A stretch of DNA of 64,000 bases from an uncultured Verrucomicrobiae bacterium (lineage in GTDB: Bacteria; Verrucomicrobiota; Verrucomicrobiia; Chthoniobacterales; UBA10450), in the NCBI GenBank assembly GCA_963735805.1, contig CAVTMK010000002.1, forward strand, positions 1,088,001 to 1,152,000, given 5' to 3'. Under the pieces are notes generated by a model. That model ran no database searches. It worked only from the letters and a program-made list of their open reading frames with translations, and had not been told where the DNA came from. Of this stretch, positions 52,106-62,268 are shown piece by piece. Within the stretch, counting starts at the first letter, position 1. Every line of letters begins with the position of its first letter. The translations under genes were made by a program, and so were the position numbers.

Positions 52106-53386
52106 ATGGCTCGCGCTTCCAACCTCACCATGTGCTCGTTTTGTGGCAAGAGCCATGCCGAGGTTCGCAAATTGATTGCCGGACCAGGTGTATACATTTG
52201 CGATAGTTGCATAAACGTCTGCAAAAGCATTCTCGACAAAGAGCTCAACGAAGATGCACGCCGCCAGTCCTCCAACATTCGTGTGCCCAAGCCGGCGGAA
52301 ATTCGACGCGCCCTCGATCAGTATGTCATCGGGCAGGAGACGGCGAAGAAGACATTATCGGTAGCTGTCCACAACCACTACAAGCGTGTATTGCAAGCTT
52401 CCCAACCAGCTGACGCTTCCGCCGCGTTCCAGCCAGATCCGTTTGCTGACGTTGAGATTGAGAAGAGCAACATTCTGTTAATTGGTCCAACCGGCTCTGG
52501 GAAAACGTTGCTCGCCAAGACACTGGCGCGGATTCTCGATGTCCCTTTTTGCATCGCTGATGCGACGACACTGACCGAAGCAGGCTACGTTGGCGAAGAT
52601 GTTGAAAACATCATTCTGCGCCTCCTACAGAATGCGGATTACGATGTGAAACGGGCGGAGATCGGAATCGTTTACATCGATGAAATCGACAAGATCGGCC
52701 GCAAAACTGATAACGTGAGCATTACTCGCGATGTTTCCGGCGAAGGAGTGCAACAGGCTCTATTGAAAATTTTGGAGGGTAGCACGTGCAATGTCCCGCC
52801 ACAGGGCGGACGCAAGCATCCACATCAGGAGTACATCCAGGTTAATACTGAGAAAATTCTTTTCATTTGTGGCGGCGCATTCATTGGGCTCGATAAAATC
52901 ATTCAAAAACGTATCGGTCAAAAAGTGATGGGATTCGGCAGTCCGACGCTCGAAGTTGAGGATGCCCTGCGAAAGCAAGCGGTTCGCCACGTGGAACCGG
53001 AAGATCTGCTGGCATTTGGAATGATTCCCGAATTCATCGGGCGATTGCCTGTGGTCAGCTCGCTCGATGCGCTGACCGAGGAAGAAATGGTCGCGATTTT
53101 GACTGAGACAAAGAACGCGATGGTGAAGCAGTACACCAAGCTTTTCTCAATGGAGGGTGTGCGTTTATCAATGACCAAAGATGCCTTGCGCGCTCTGGCG
53201 GCGCAGGCAGTCACCAAGGGAACAGGGGCGCGTGCGTTGCGGTCAATGCTGGAGCGGATCATGCTCGACATCATGTACGAAGTGCCGAGCCGCGAAGACA
53301 TCGCCGAGGTCACGATCAATCGTGCGGTAGTGGAAGGGAAAAAGCTTCCGCTGATTCGCAAGAAGCAGGACAAGAGCGCGGCGTGA
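52106..53386 (+). CDS. clpX: ATP-dependent Clp protease ATPase subunit
   Basis: CSFCGK zinc finger, [20 protein letters not shown]. Confidence 0.97.
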   Translation: MARASNLTMCSFCGKSHAEVRKLIAGPGVYICDSCINVCKSILDKELNEDARRQSSNIRVPKPAEIRRALDQYVIGQETAKKTLSVAVHNHYKRVLQASQPADASAAFQPDPFADVEIEKSNILLIGPTGSGKTLLAKTLARILDVPFCIADATTLTEAGYVGEDVENIILRLLQNADYDVKRAEIGIVYIDEIDKIGRKTDNVSITRDVSGEGVQQALLKILEGSTCNVPPQGGRKHPHQEYIQVNTEKILFICGGAFIGLDKIIQKRIGQKVMGFGSPTLEVEDALRKQAVRHVEPEDLLAFGMIPEFIGRLPVVSSLDALTEEEMVAILTETKNAMVKQYTKLFSMEGVRLSMTKDALRALAAQAVTKGTGARALRSMLERIMLDIMYEVPSREDIAEVTINRAVVEGKKLPLIRKKQDKSAA

Positions 53387-53413
53387 AGCGGCAATCTGGC
53401 CGCGAAGTCACAG

Positions 53414-53505
53414 GCGTTAAAGATTACATTGTTGAACGGGTTGCAACGTCATAACGGCAACCAAGCGATTTGTTCGTTTTAACTTTGTAAGGCTTTTAAC
53501 GTTTC
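53414..53505. repeat. degenerate inverted 8-mer repeat remnant
   Basis: GCGTTAAAG..GTTGAACG GTTGCAAC ... TTTAACTT TGTAAGGC TTTTAACG; resembles 16391-16491. Confidence 0.45.
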
Positions 53506-53513
53506 ATTCTGCT

Positions 53514-54749
53514 ATGCGCGTCATCCTCGTTAACACGGGCACCGAACTCTTGCTCGGCGATGTACAGGACGCACACCTTGCATTTATCGCGCGCGAGATT
53601 TTTCCCCTTGGATTGCGCATCGAAGAGCGCCGTACGGTTCCCGACACGGACGCAATTCGGCAGACGCTGGCTGACTTACTTCCACGTTGCGAGATCCTTT
53701 TTGTGACCGGCGGTCTCGGTCCAACCAGCGACGACATAACGCGCGAGATGGTTGCCGATCTGCTTGGATTGGAGCTCCAACAGTCTTCAGATTTAATTGC
53801 TTCGCTCCGGCAAAGACTTCGAGTGCGGGGAATCAAGTGGACTCCTGGCATTGCGCGACAGGCTGATGTTCATGCAGGCGCAGAGGTTCTGCCGAATCCG
53901 AATGGCAGCGCGCCGGGCCTTTATTTACGTACGAACATCAATTCACGAATTCAATCTCCACATCTTTTTTTGTTGCCCGGGCCTCCACGCGAGCTTCAGC
54001 CTATGTTTCGGACATTTGTCATACCGATCCTGCGCTCGATTGTCCCACCTTCGTCGGTGGTTGAGCGGCGCCTCTATAAGATTGCCGACAAGGGCGAGTC
54101 ACTGATCGAAGAGGCCATAGGCCAACGTGTGCTTGCAATACCGGGAATCGAGTTGGGCTATTGCGCCCGTCCGGGCGAAGCGGAAGTGCGCATCGTCGGC
54201 AAACCCGGGGTGATCGAACAGGCAGACGCCATTGTCAGATCGACGCTAGGACCCTCTATTTTTTCTACTACGGACGAAGCGCTTGAGGAAGTGGTCGTAA
54301 AACTGCTGACGCAGCGCCACCAGACGCTGGCCGTTGCAGAATCGTGCACTGGAGGATTGCTTGCCAATCGCATCACGAACGTGCCTGGTGCATCGGAGGT
54401 TTTTCTCGCCGGCTATGTTTGTTACGCGAACCAGGCCAAGGTCAACATGTTGAAAGTCGACTCACAACTGATCGAGAAGCACGGTGCGGTGAGCGAGGAA
54501 GTCGCGCGTGCGCTGGCAGAAAAAGCCCGCACGCGTGCAGGGGCCGATTATGCTCTCGCCACGACGGGCGTTGCGGGACCGAGCGGCGGCCTGCCGGAGA
54601 AACCAGTTGGTACCGTTTATATTGCTTTCGCTGCGGCGAGCGACACGATCGCGAAGAAATTATTTTTCCCTACTGACCGGGAGACTTTTAAGCAAATCGC
54701 TACGCAGGCTGCGTTGGAGTTGCTACGCAAAAAATTGATTGGCACTTAG
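53514..54749 (+). CDS. cinA: competence/damage-inducible protein CinA (MoCF-like plus NMN deamidase domains)
   Basis: GTELLLG, TGGLGPT.DD.T, AESCTGG, GAVS, TGVAGP. Confidence 0.93.
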   Translation: MRVILVNTGTELLLGDVQDAHLAFIAREIFPLGLRIEERRTVPDTDAIRQTLADLLPRCEILFVTGGLGPTSDDITREMVADLLGLELQQSSDLIASLRQRLRVRGIKWTPGIARQADVHAGAEVLPNPNGSAPGLYLRTNINSRIQSPHLFLLPGPPRELQPMFRTFVIPILRSIVPPSSVVERRLYKIADKGESLIEEAIGQRVLAIPGIELGYCARPGEAEVRIVGKPGVIEQADAIVRSTLGPSIFSTTDEALEEVVVKLLTQRHQTLAVAESCTGGLLANRITNVPGASEVFLAGYVCYANQAKVNMLKVDSQLIEKHGAVSEEVARALAEKARTRAGADYALATTGVAGPSGGLPEKPVGTVYIAFAAASDTIAKKLFFPTDRETFKQIATQAALELLRKKLIGT

Positions 54750-54839
54750 GCTTACAGGCTCCATGACTCGCGGGTTCGTGACCTGCTTCGTTGTGATTCA
54801 GTGGAGTGCTACTGCGCCGAGCCCACAGACTACGCTCTA

Positions 54840-55463
54840 CTAGTAATCGCCTACATCTACGGATGTGCCGACTTTGGCGTGGTCGTAGAACAATTTTGCC
54901 CCATCGACTGATTCGCGAATGCAGCCATGCGAGGCGGGGTAGCCAGGCAGGATTCCAATGTGCATACCGACACCCTCTCCGGTGAGGCGGAGAAACCATT
55001 GCATGGGCGCGCCGGCAAAGTGCGTTCCGCTCGGCGCGGAATCGCTGCGCGCACTGACCCCGGCACGCACTATGCGGCCGGAACTGTCCACGAAATTGCC
55101 ATAAAGACTGGAGTGATGATTGGGGTCCTTTTCCATCACATTAAAATGTCCCTTTGGGGTTTCGTGCCCGCTCCGGCCAGATGAGACCGGACCATCGGCC
55201 ACGACTTGATCTCCAATCATGAGATAAGCCCGCTGCTTCGGTATCGAGACGACGATGCGCGTATTGTCCTGTGTCGCTTGTTTGAGCAAGGATTGATTCA
55301 CCTTCAGCGGTGCCTGTCTCTGAATGAACTGCGACGCTTTGCGCATGGGCGGCGGCGTGGGATTCGGCTGTCGCGGTTTCGGTCCGATGTGGAACAATTG
55401 CCCGCTCGCTGAAGAGACCAGCAGCGCCACTAAACTCAGCCGAATCAACGTCGAAAATCGCAT
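54840..55463 (-). CDS. L,D-transpeptidase (YkuD family)
   Basis: VSSGR...TPKG, GMHIG..PGYPASHGCIR; signal peptide. Confidence 0.9.
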   Translation of the reverse strand: MRFSTLIRLSLVALLVSSASGQLFHIGPKPRQPNPTPPPMRKASQFIQRQAPLKVNQSLLKQATQDNTRIVVSIPKQRAYLMIGDQVVADGPVSSGRSGHETPKGHFNVMEKDPNHHSSLYGNFVDSSGRIVRAGVSARSDSAPSGTHFAGAPMQWFLRLTGEGVGMHIGILPGYPASHGCIRESVDGAKLFYDHAKVGTSVDVGDY

Positions 55464-55466
55464 AAA

Positions 55467-56249
55467 CTAGCCGCCATTGTAGCTATTTACGCGCCGAATC
55501 CAACCCGATAACCACCGCGATTCGTGCCGTTGAGCCGGAGAGTTTTGCACCCGCCGAGTTAGCACCGATTTTGCGGCGCGCGCAAATTCATCAACCGCGT
55601 CGGTACTCGATGAGCCATGCATGGCTTCCAAGACTTGAAGAAGTCCCCAGCCCTGTCCTTGGTAACGTTCCGTATGCAGGACGCCTTCCCCCTTGAAGTT
55701 TACGTAATCGATCAGGGCGTAGCAGCCCTGGGGAGTTTTTGTCAGACGCTCGAATTGTGCCTGTACGTTAGCTCGATCAGAAGGCGCCGCTTCAGAGAGC
55801 ATTTTCGGCAACGCGCCGTCCAAGCGCGCCAAAAGAAATTCCGCCTGCAGATCGATCGTATCCGTGAGGAACTGGCGTAATTGATTCATTTCCGTGGAAT
55901 GTTGTGCTCGAAGAAACTCCGTTCGCGAGTTCCAGGGACACGGCTTGTCGGCAGGCCCCAGAAGCAACGCCGGCAGTTTTGCACCGCGCTTTGAAATAAA
56001 ACTCACGACCTTGGGAAAACTTTCGTCGAACGGTCCCCGTTGTCCTTTCGGGTACCAGATAAAGTGACCGATGCCCAGTGACGCGAAGTCTTCGCCTTCG
56101 TTCCATGAAGTAAGGCCGGCAATCGTTCCATTGCATTCATTTTGCCAGATTTTTTTGCCGATCTTCTGGACGTCAGCGTGCGAGAGAGTGACTGCGTGGA
56201 GAGACTTCGGCAGAAAGGCAATCAGGGCGGCTAAGACCAGCGGGGACAA
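55467..56249 (-). CDS. conserved-looking secreted hypothetical protein
   Basis: IWQNEC, WN.GEDFASLGIGHFIWYP, DYVNFKGEG, GWGLLQVL; start uncertain (TTG 56249). Confidence 0.75.
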   Translation of the reverse strand: MSPLVLAALIAFLPKSLHAVTLSHADVQKIGKKIWQNECNGTIAGLTSWNEGEDFASLGIGHFIWYPKGQRGPFDESFPKVVSFISKRGAKLPALLLGPADKPCPWNSRTEFLRAQHSTEMNQLRQFLTDTIDLQAEFLLARLDGALPKMLSEAAPSDRANVQAQFERLTKTPQGCYALIDYVNFKGEGVLHTERYQGQGWGLLQVLEAMHGSSSTDAVDEFARAAKSVLTRRVQNSPAQRHESRWLSGWIRRVNSYNGG

Positions 56250-56367
56250 AAAGTGCCAGCCTTCATACCGCCTGCATTCCTCGGTTCTTGACGGGCGACG
56301 TTTATCTATTAGCGTCCCAGTTTCCGCGGCGAACAATTTAACCGAATCCCCGCGAAGAACACGTTTT

Positions 56368-57117
56368 ATGAAACAACTAATCGTCATTTTCAGCGCATCC
56401 TTACTTGCATTACCTTTGTTTGGGCAAGACAAATCGGTCCAACTTAAGGATCAGAAAGATAAAGTGAGCTATAGCATTGGGCTCCAGATCGGATTCAACC
56501 TGGGCCGGCAAAAGGTGGATATTAGTCCCGACATGCTCGCTGCCGGTATAAAAGACGCCCTCGCTGGAAAACCACAACTGAACCCTGATCAAATCAAGGA
56601 AGTTATGACGACGTTCGAAAAAGATATGGAACAAAAGCAAAAAGAAGCGGGGGAGAAAAACAAAGCGGAAGGTACAAAGTTTCTCGACGACAACAAAAAG
56701 AAAGAGGGCGTGAAAACCACTGCCAGCGGACTGCAGTACAAAGTCCTCAAGGAAGGAAATGGAACGCAGCCAAAGAAGACCGACACAGTGACGGTGAACT
56801 ATCGGGGGACCCTCATAAACGGAACCGAGTTCGACAGTTCGTATAAGCGCGGACAACCAGCGACCTTTCCAGTCAACGGCGTCATTCCGGGATGGACTGA
56901 AGCGCTTCAGCTAATGAAAGTGGGATCAAAATATCAGCTGTTCATCCCATCGAACCTTGCCTATGGCGAAAGATCCGTTGGCCCTGATATCGGCGCGAAT
57001 TCGACTCTGATTTTTGAAGTGGAACTACTGGATGCCAAGCCGGCTCCGGCGCCTTCGCCCGCTGGCTCCGCAGTTGCGCCGAAGGCCCCCGCGCCAGCTG
57101 CCTCGCCAAAGAAGTAA
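56368..57117 (+). CDS. FKBP-type peptidyl-prolyl isomerase (FkpA/Mip-like)
   Basis: DKVSYSIG, TASGLQY, FDSSYKRG, VIPGWTEAL, STLIFEVEL. Confidence 0.95.
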   Translation: MKQLIVIFSASLLALPLFGQDKSVQLKDQKDKVSYSIGLQIGFNLGRQKVDISPDMLAAGIKDALAGKPQLNPDQIKEVMTTFEKDMEQKQKEAGEKNKAEGTKFLDDNKKKEGVKTTASGLQYKVLKEGNGTQPKKTDTVTVNYRGTLINGTEFDSSYKRGQPATFPVNGVIPGWTEALQLMKVGSKYQLFIPSNLAYGERSVGPDIGANSTLIFEVELLDAKPAPAPSPAGSAVAPKAPAPAASPKK

Positions 57118-57172
57118 CGCAGACATCCTTTCTGTAAGGGTACAAGCGGGCACGATTGCCTGCTTTACAGAT

Positions 57173-57532
57173 TCAGACTGCTGCGGCCGCTTCCCATTCG
57201 AACCGAGGAGCGTCGCCCCATAAGTCTTCCAGGCTATAAAAAGATCGTTTGTCCCGATGAAAGACGTGGACGACGACTTGCAGATAATCGAGCACGATCC
57301 ATTGGCTGGCAGGAAACCCGTCAATCGCGACGGGTCGAATGGAATGATCTTCTCTCAAACGGGTCTCAATTTCGTTTGCGATTGCTTTTAGCTGTGGCTC
57401 CGAGGTAGCCGAGCAAAGCACGAAAAAATCCGTGAACGTCGAGATCGCGCGCAGGTCCATGACGACGATGTCTTCCGCCTTTTTGTTCGAGGCGAGTTCA
57501 GCGCAGATTTTAGCTAGGTTTTCGGGCGTTAT
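57173..57532 (-). CDS. rsfS: ribosome silencing factor; probable ATA start
   Basis: KKAEDIVVMDL..ISTFTDFFV, WIVLDY..VVVHVF...R.FYSLEDLW; follows nadD. Confidence 0.92.
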   Translation of the reverse strand: MTPENLAKICAELASNKKAEDIVVMDLRAISTFTDFFVLCSATSEPQLKAIANEIETRLREDHSIRPVAIDGFPASQWIVLDYLQVVVHVFHRDKRSFYSLEDLWGDAPRFEWEAAAAV

Positions 57533-58098
57533 TTCCGTTGCTCCAGGTAAAGTTTTTCGCGGTGGATGATCTTTTCCACCGCCTGTGGTACGAAATACTG
57601 AATGGACCGGCCAGTGGCAACTCTCTTTCTGATTTCGGTCGCAGAAATGTCGATTTTTCGGCGAATGACCGGATAGACATGGCTCGGTCGTTGACCACTT
57701 CGATCAAGAACAACAAAACGAACCATCTTTTCCAGGTCGGAGAAACGTCGCCATTTCGTAAGCTTGTCGACGTTATCCTCGCCGATCAGGCAGTAAATCG
57801 TTGCATCGTCTGCGCGCCGCTTGATTTCCTCGACTGTATCGATGGTGAAAGAAGGGGGTTGTCGCCGCAGTTCGCAATCGTCCACAGCAAATCCAGGTTC
57901 GTTTTCAATGGCGGCTCGTATCATTAATAATCGTATTTCGTCTCTCGCAACGGGTGCGGCCTTTCGGAGGGGCGAAACGCGAGCGGGAATAAAGATCACT
58001 TCATCCGCGCCAAGTCTTTCAAGGGCCTCGCGCGCGACGATAAGATGGCCGTGATGAATCGGATCAAATGTGCCCCCGTAGATGGCGATCTTTTTCAA
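57529..58098 (-). CDS. nadD: nicotinate-nucleotide adenylyltransferase
   Basis: GGTFDPIHHGH, IGED, ISATEIR. Confidence 0.95.
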   Translation of the reverse strand: MKKIAIYGGTFDPIHHGHLIVAREALERLGADEVIFIPARVSPLRKAAPVARDEIRLLMIRAAIENEPGFAVDDCELRRQPPSFTIDTVEEIKRRADDATIYCLIGEDNVDKLTKWRRFSDLEKMVRFVVLDRSGQRPSHVYPVIRRKIDISATEIRKRVATGRSIQYFVPQAVEKIIHREKLYLEQRK

Positions 58099-58187
58099 CG
58101 TTCAACGTTCAATGCTCAACATTCAACATTCAACTGAAAGCATCTCATAATTGGGCGTTGGACGTTGAATGTTCACCGTTGGGCGTT
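58095..58187. repeat. inverted pair of 7-mer tandem repeats
   Basis: TCAACGT TCAACGT TCAATGC TCAACAT TCAACAT ... TTGGGCG TTGGACG TTGAATG TTCACCG TTGGGCG. Confidence 0.8.
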
Positions 58188-58201
58188 ACTCTTTGCCGCC
58201 C

Positions 58202-59301
58202 ATGAAAGCGGATTTGTACGGCCAACTGATCATGACCGGGGTGCCTGGGAAGGAAGTAGACCTTAAAACGGCGAAGTTATTCCGGAAAGTAAGACCGGGG
58301 GCCTTTATTCTCTTTGGCCGCAACATTGAAAGCGCACCGCAATTGAGAAAACTGATCGATGACCTGCGCGATTTAAGCGACATCGAGCCCATCATCACCA
58401 TCGACCAGGAAGGCGGCCGCGTTTCGCGTCTCCGATTGATTGGCAGCGAGCCGCCGAATGCTCAGCAACTGCGCGATAGAAACGACATCGAACTCATTCG
58501 ACGTCATGGAGACATCACCGGCCGGTTGCTCCGTCTTTTCGGTTTCAATCTCGACCTGTGCCCAGTGCTGGACATTTCCTTTGATGACGATGCGGAAAAT
58601 TCGCTGCGCGGGCGATGTTACGGGAAAACAGTCGACCAGGTTGTTCGCAACGCCGGCGAGTTCAACGACGGGTTGAAAGGGCAGGGGATTGCGAGCTGCG
58701 GCAAGCATTTTCCGGGTACTCCGCCGCGGGCTCAGACGCGCACTATGAATTGCCGCGAATCGATCGCACCCGCGAACAACTGGACCGGAATGAACTGGCA
58801 GTATTTCGCAAGTTCGCAAAGGACGTAGACAGCATGATGATCTGTCACGGCTGGTATCCGTGCTTTGAGGCGGAAAAGACGCCTGCCACTTTGTCGCGAC
58901 GGATTGTTACCGAGTTATTGCGTAATGACTTCGGTTTCGAGGGTCTCGTCATGACTGACGATCTCGACATGGGGGCGATCCTTACCGGGTATCGGCTCGA
59001 GGACACAATTCGTCTGGCCATCGCTGCTGGAAACGACATGACCATGATTTGCCATCGCATTCCTGAGATCGAGAATGTGCAACGATTTCTCGCTGCATCC
59101 CCGGCAGATCAAATCGATCGCGCATTGGAGAACGTCGCACGATTCAAAGAAAGACTTACGCCACCTGACAAGTTTTCCGAAGATGATTTCCGCAAGATCG
59201 ACGACGAGATCTGGGACCTGCGCGTTGCCGTTCTGGGAGAAGAACGCGCCAGACAGACGACACCTCAAAGCGTTCAACGCTCGCCCGTAGAGATGTTCTG
59301 A
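58202..59301 (+). pseudogene. nagZ: GH3 beta-N-acetylhexosaminidase (NagZ-like), frameshift at about 58715-58717
   Basis: DQEGGRVSR and KHFPG in one frame; SDAHYELP and MTDDLDM in the other; one base missing. Confidence 0.85.
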
Positions 59302-59341
59302 TTCGCAGAGCGCATTTCGCGCGCATGGCCGGGTATGCATC

Positions 59342-61381
59342 TTGACCCCTCAGCCGACTCCAGACTATTCTCCGCTTTCTGTGCGCGTCGAGCTTACCAT
59401 CCGCGGGATAATTATAGGTGTCGTCATCACGCTGGTATTGACCGCAGCGAATGTGTATTGCGGTCTCAAGGCTGGTCTTACATTTTCGACTTCAATTCCA
59501 GCTGCGGTGATTTCGATGGCGATCCTCCGGAGCTTCCGCGATGCCACGGTTCAGGAAAACAACATCGTGCAAACAGTTGCGTCCGCCGCCGGCACGCTGT
59601 CATCGATTATCTTCGTGCTGCCGGGTCTGGTTATGATCGGATGGTGGACCGGTTTTCCATTCTGGATCTCTTTCGCGATCTGCGCACTGGGCGGCATTCT
59701 GGGCGTGATGTACTCAATTCCGCTGCGTCGGGCGTTAGTGACTGGCTCGGACCTGCCGTACCCCGAGGGCGTTGCCTGCGCCGAAGTATTGAAGGTCGGC
59801 AGTGGAGGCGATGCCCAAAACGCTTCGGACATCGAACATGGACGCGCAGGTCTGCTGGCCGTCTTATGGGGATCGATCGTCGCAGCTGTGTTTGCAGTCG
59901 TCGTCGCCACGCAAATGTTCGGCGCCGACGTGGCGCAGACTTTTCGAATCGGCCGCAAGGGTGCCGTGAGCGGGTTTGATTTCTCGTTGTCCTTCTTGCT
60001 GCTCGCGATCGGCCACTTGGTTGGTCTCTCAGTTGGTATTGCGATGCTCATAGGCGCAGTGATCGGCTGGGGCTGGGGCGTGCCGCATTACTCCGCTCTC
60101 GCGCAGGATGTGACGACGGCCGCCGGTGCGCTGGCACAAAGTACCTGGAGCCGCAAAGTGCGTTTCGTTGGCGCCGGTGCGATCGGCGTGTCGGCAATCT
60201 GGACATTGCTAAAACTGGTAAAGCCGGTAGCGAGTGGTCTCGCCAGCGCGATGGCTGCTTCGCGCGCACGTAAGGCTGGCAAGAGCGACACGCTGCCAAT
60301 TACCGAGCGCGACATCCCGATCGGTATCGTCGGTCTCGTCACGTTGGCGTGCATGCTGCCGATTGGCTGGATCCTCGCTTATTTCGGCAATGAGAGCGGC
60401 CTCGGCGCGCAGGTGGCCACGCTCACTATCGGCGGCGTGGCGTACGTACTGTTGATGAGCTTCTTTGTCTCGGCAGTCTGCGGATACATGGCGGGTCTGA
60501 TTGGTTCTTCCAACAGCCCGCTGTCGGGTATTGGAATTCTGGTGGTGATTGGCGCCGCGTTGCTGCTGGTGATTGGCGTAAAACCGTACGTGTCGCCAGA
60601 TTCGGGCAAAGCGTTGATGGCATTCGCGCTTTTCACTACCGCCGTGATCTTCAACGTCGCCGCAATCGCGAACAATAATCTGCAGGACCTCAAGACCGGC
60701 CAATTGGTCGATGCGACACCATGGAAACAGCAGGTAGCGCTCGTGATCGGTGTCATCGCTGGCGCGCTTGTGATTCCGCCGGTGCTTGATCTGATGAATC
60801 ACGCTTATGGCTTTATGGGTGCGCCTGGCGCCGAGCTGCGTCCGAATCCACTGCCAGCGCCTCAGGCCGGACTGATCTCATCACTCGCGCAAGGCGTCAT
60901 CGCCGCTGATATCGATTGGAGTCTGATTCGGACCGGTGGGCTGATCGGCCTTTTTATTATTCTGCTGGATGAAATCCTCGCTCGCACGACACGGCACATG
61001 CGCGTGCCCCCGTTAGCCGTGGGCCTGGGAATTTATTTGCCCACGCAGAGTACACTAATGGTCGTGGTCGGCGCGGTGGTTGGATGGTTTTTCGACAAGC
61101 AAGCCAACCGCAGCCCGCGCCCGGAGGCCACGAAGCAGCTGGGCGTGCTACTCGCGTCGGGTTTGATCGTCGGCGAGAGTGTGATCCTCGTCGTGATCTC
61201 TGCAATAGTCGCGTTCTCCGGCGTACCCGCGCCGCTGGCGTTGGTCGGCCCGAGCTTTGAGGCCGCTGGCAAAGTCATCGGCGGCGTTGCCTTCGTAGTC
61301 ATCGCCGTGCTGCTGTATCGTTGGATCTGGCGGTTGGCGACGGCAAATAGTGCAACACCTGCCCGCAATGCTTCGCAGTAG
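59342..61381 (+). CDS. oligopeptide transporter, OPT family
   Basis: ELTIRG, SIPAAVIS, ENNIVQT.ASA, LPYPEG.A, LQDLKTG, APQA. Confidence 0.93.
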   Translation: MTPQPTPDYSPLSVRVELTIRGIIIGVVITLVLTAANVYCGLKAGLTFSTSIPAAVISMAILRSFRDATVQENNIVQTVASAAGTLSSIIFVLPGLVMIGWWTGFPFWISFAICALGGILGVMYSIPLRRALVTGSDLPYPEGVACAEVLKVGSGGDAQNASDIEHGRAGLLAVLWGSIVAAVFAVVVATQMFGADVAQTFRIGRKGAVSGFDFSLSFLLLAIGHLVGLSVGIAMLIGAVIGWGWGVPHYSALAQDVTTAAGALAQSTWSRKVRFVGAGAIGVSAIWTLLKLVKPVASGLASAMAASRARKAGKSDTLPITERDIPIGIVGLVTLACMLPIGWILAYFGNESGLGAQVATLTIGGVAYVLLMSFFVSAVCGYMAGLIGSSNSPLSGIGILVVIGAALLLVIGVKPYVSPDSGKALMAFALFTTAVIFNVAAIANNNLQDLKTGQLVDATPWKQQVALVIGVIAGALVIPPVLDLMNHAYGFMGAPGAELRPNPLPAPQAGLISSLAQGVIAADIDWSLIRTGGLIGLFIILLDEILARTTRHMRVPPLAVGLGIYLPTQSTLMVVVGAVVGWFFDKQANRSPRPEATKQLGVLLASGLIVGESVILVVISAIVAFSGVPAPLALVGPSFEAAGKVIGGVAFVVIAVLLYRWIWRLATANSATPARNASQ

Positions 61382-61412
61382 CGATGCAGGCGGGGCGATC
61401 TTAATTGCGAGT

Positions 61413-62213
61413 ATGAACGCGGGCGCGAAGAAGAGTTGGAATTGGTCCCTATGGATCGGTTTTCTTTTCGCGCTGACTGGTTTTCTCAGTTACACGTTCT
61501 TCGCGCAATTCCCCGTTACCCGTGATTTTCCATGGGCGAATCTTTTGTTGTTTGCTCTAGGCGGAATTCTGTTGGTGTTGGGCCTGTTTCGAGCATTTGG
61601 CAAACCGCGGGTTTACCGCGGCAAAGTCCTCGGCCCGATTTTAGCCACACTGGGGATATTTATGTTCGGGTTCTTTTCCTATGTGTTCTTTTATGTGCTG
61701 CGGCAGGTCCCGCCTTCGACCGGAGCACCGCGAGTCGGAGAAAAAGCTCCCGAGTTCACGTTGTCGGATCAAGACGGAAAGGACGTGTCTCTTCGTGATC
61801 TCACCAGCAGATCGAAAGCTGTCGCACTGATTTTTTATCGCGGTTTTTGGTGACCATTATGTAACTCCGAGTTGCGGAGTTTTCAGCAGCGGCTTCAAGA
61901 GCTTGAATCGCGCGGGATTCAAGTCGTCGCGATTAGCGTGGACACGCCGGATATTAATCGGCGCCAAAAACAAAAACTTGGCTATACCTACACATTCCTG
62001 TCCGATCCCAAGGCAGAAGTGATTCGGCGTTACGATCTGTTGCATCGTGGTGCAGGACCCAAAGGTGCGGATATTGCGCGTCCGGCGGAGTTTCTTGTTG
62101 ATTCGACCGGAACAATTCGCTGGGTGAATCTTACCGAGAATATCGCCGTACGCGCGCGACCCCAGCAGATGCTGGACGCCTTTGAACAAGGGGAGCAGGC
62201 TGCACCCCAATAA
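61413..62213 (+). CDS. membrane-anchored AhpC/TSA peroxiredoxin-like protein, probable selenoprotein (UPLC; TGA at 61851-61853)
   Basis: ORFs 61350..61853 and 61872..62213 are one frame: VGEKAPEFTL...LIFYRGFW-TGA-PLCNSEL...VVAISVD...FLSDP...RPAEFLVD; three N-terminal TM helices; SECIS-like hairpin. Confidence 0.88.
61851..61885 (+). promoter_or_regulatory. putative bacterial SECIS element
   Basis: TGA + 9 nt + AACTCCG-AGTTG-CGGAGTT (7-bp stem; loop starts 16 nt after TGA; G second in loop). Confidence 0.75.
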
Positions 62214-62268
62214 TTGCAGACCTCGGGGCGATTGACGGCGCTCTGCCGAATCAATACCTTGAGCGCGC

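Noticed and set aside
56071..56432. Large head-to-head overlap of the FKBP and hypothetical genes
   Set aside because: Artefact of taking the most upstream start; plausible starts (56368 and about 56249) do not overlap.
58095..58187. CRISPR array
   Set aside because: Units are 7 nt with no unique spacers, and there are no cas genes.
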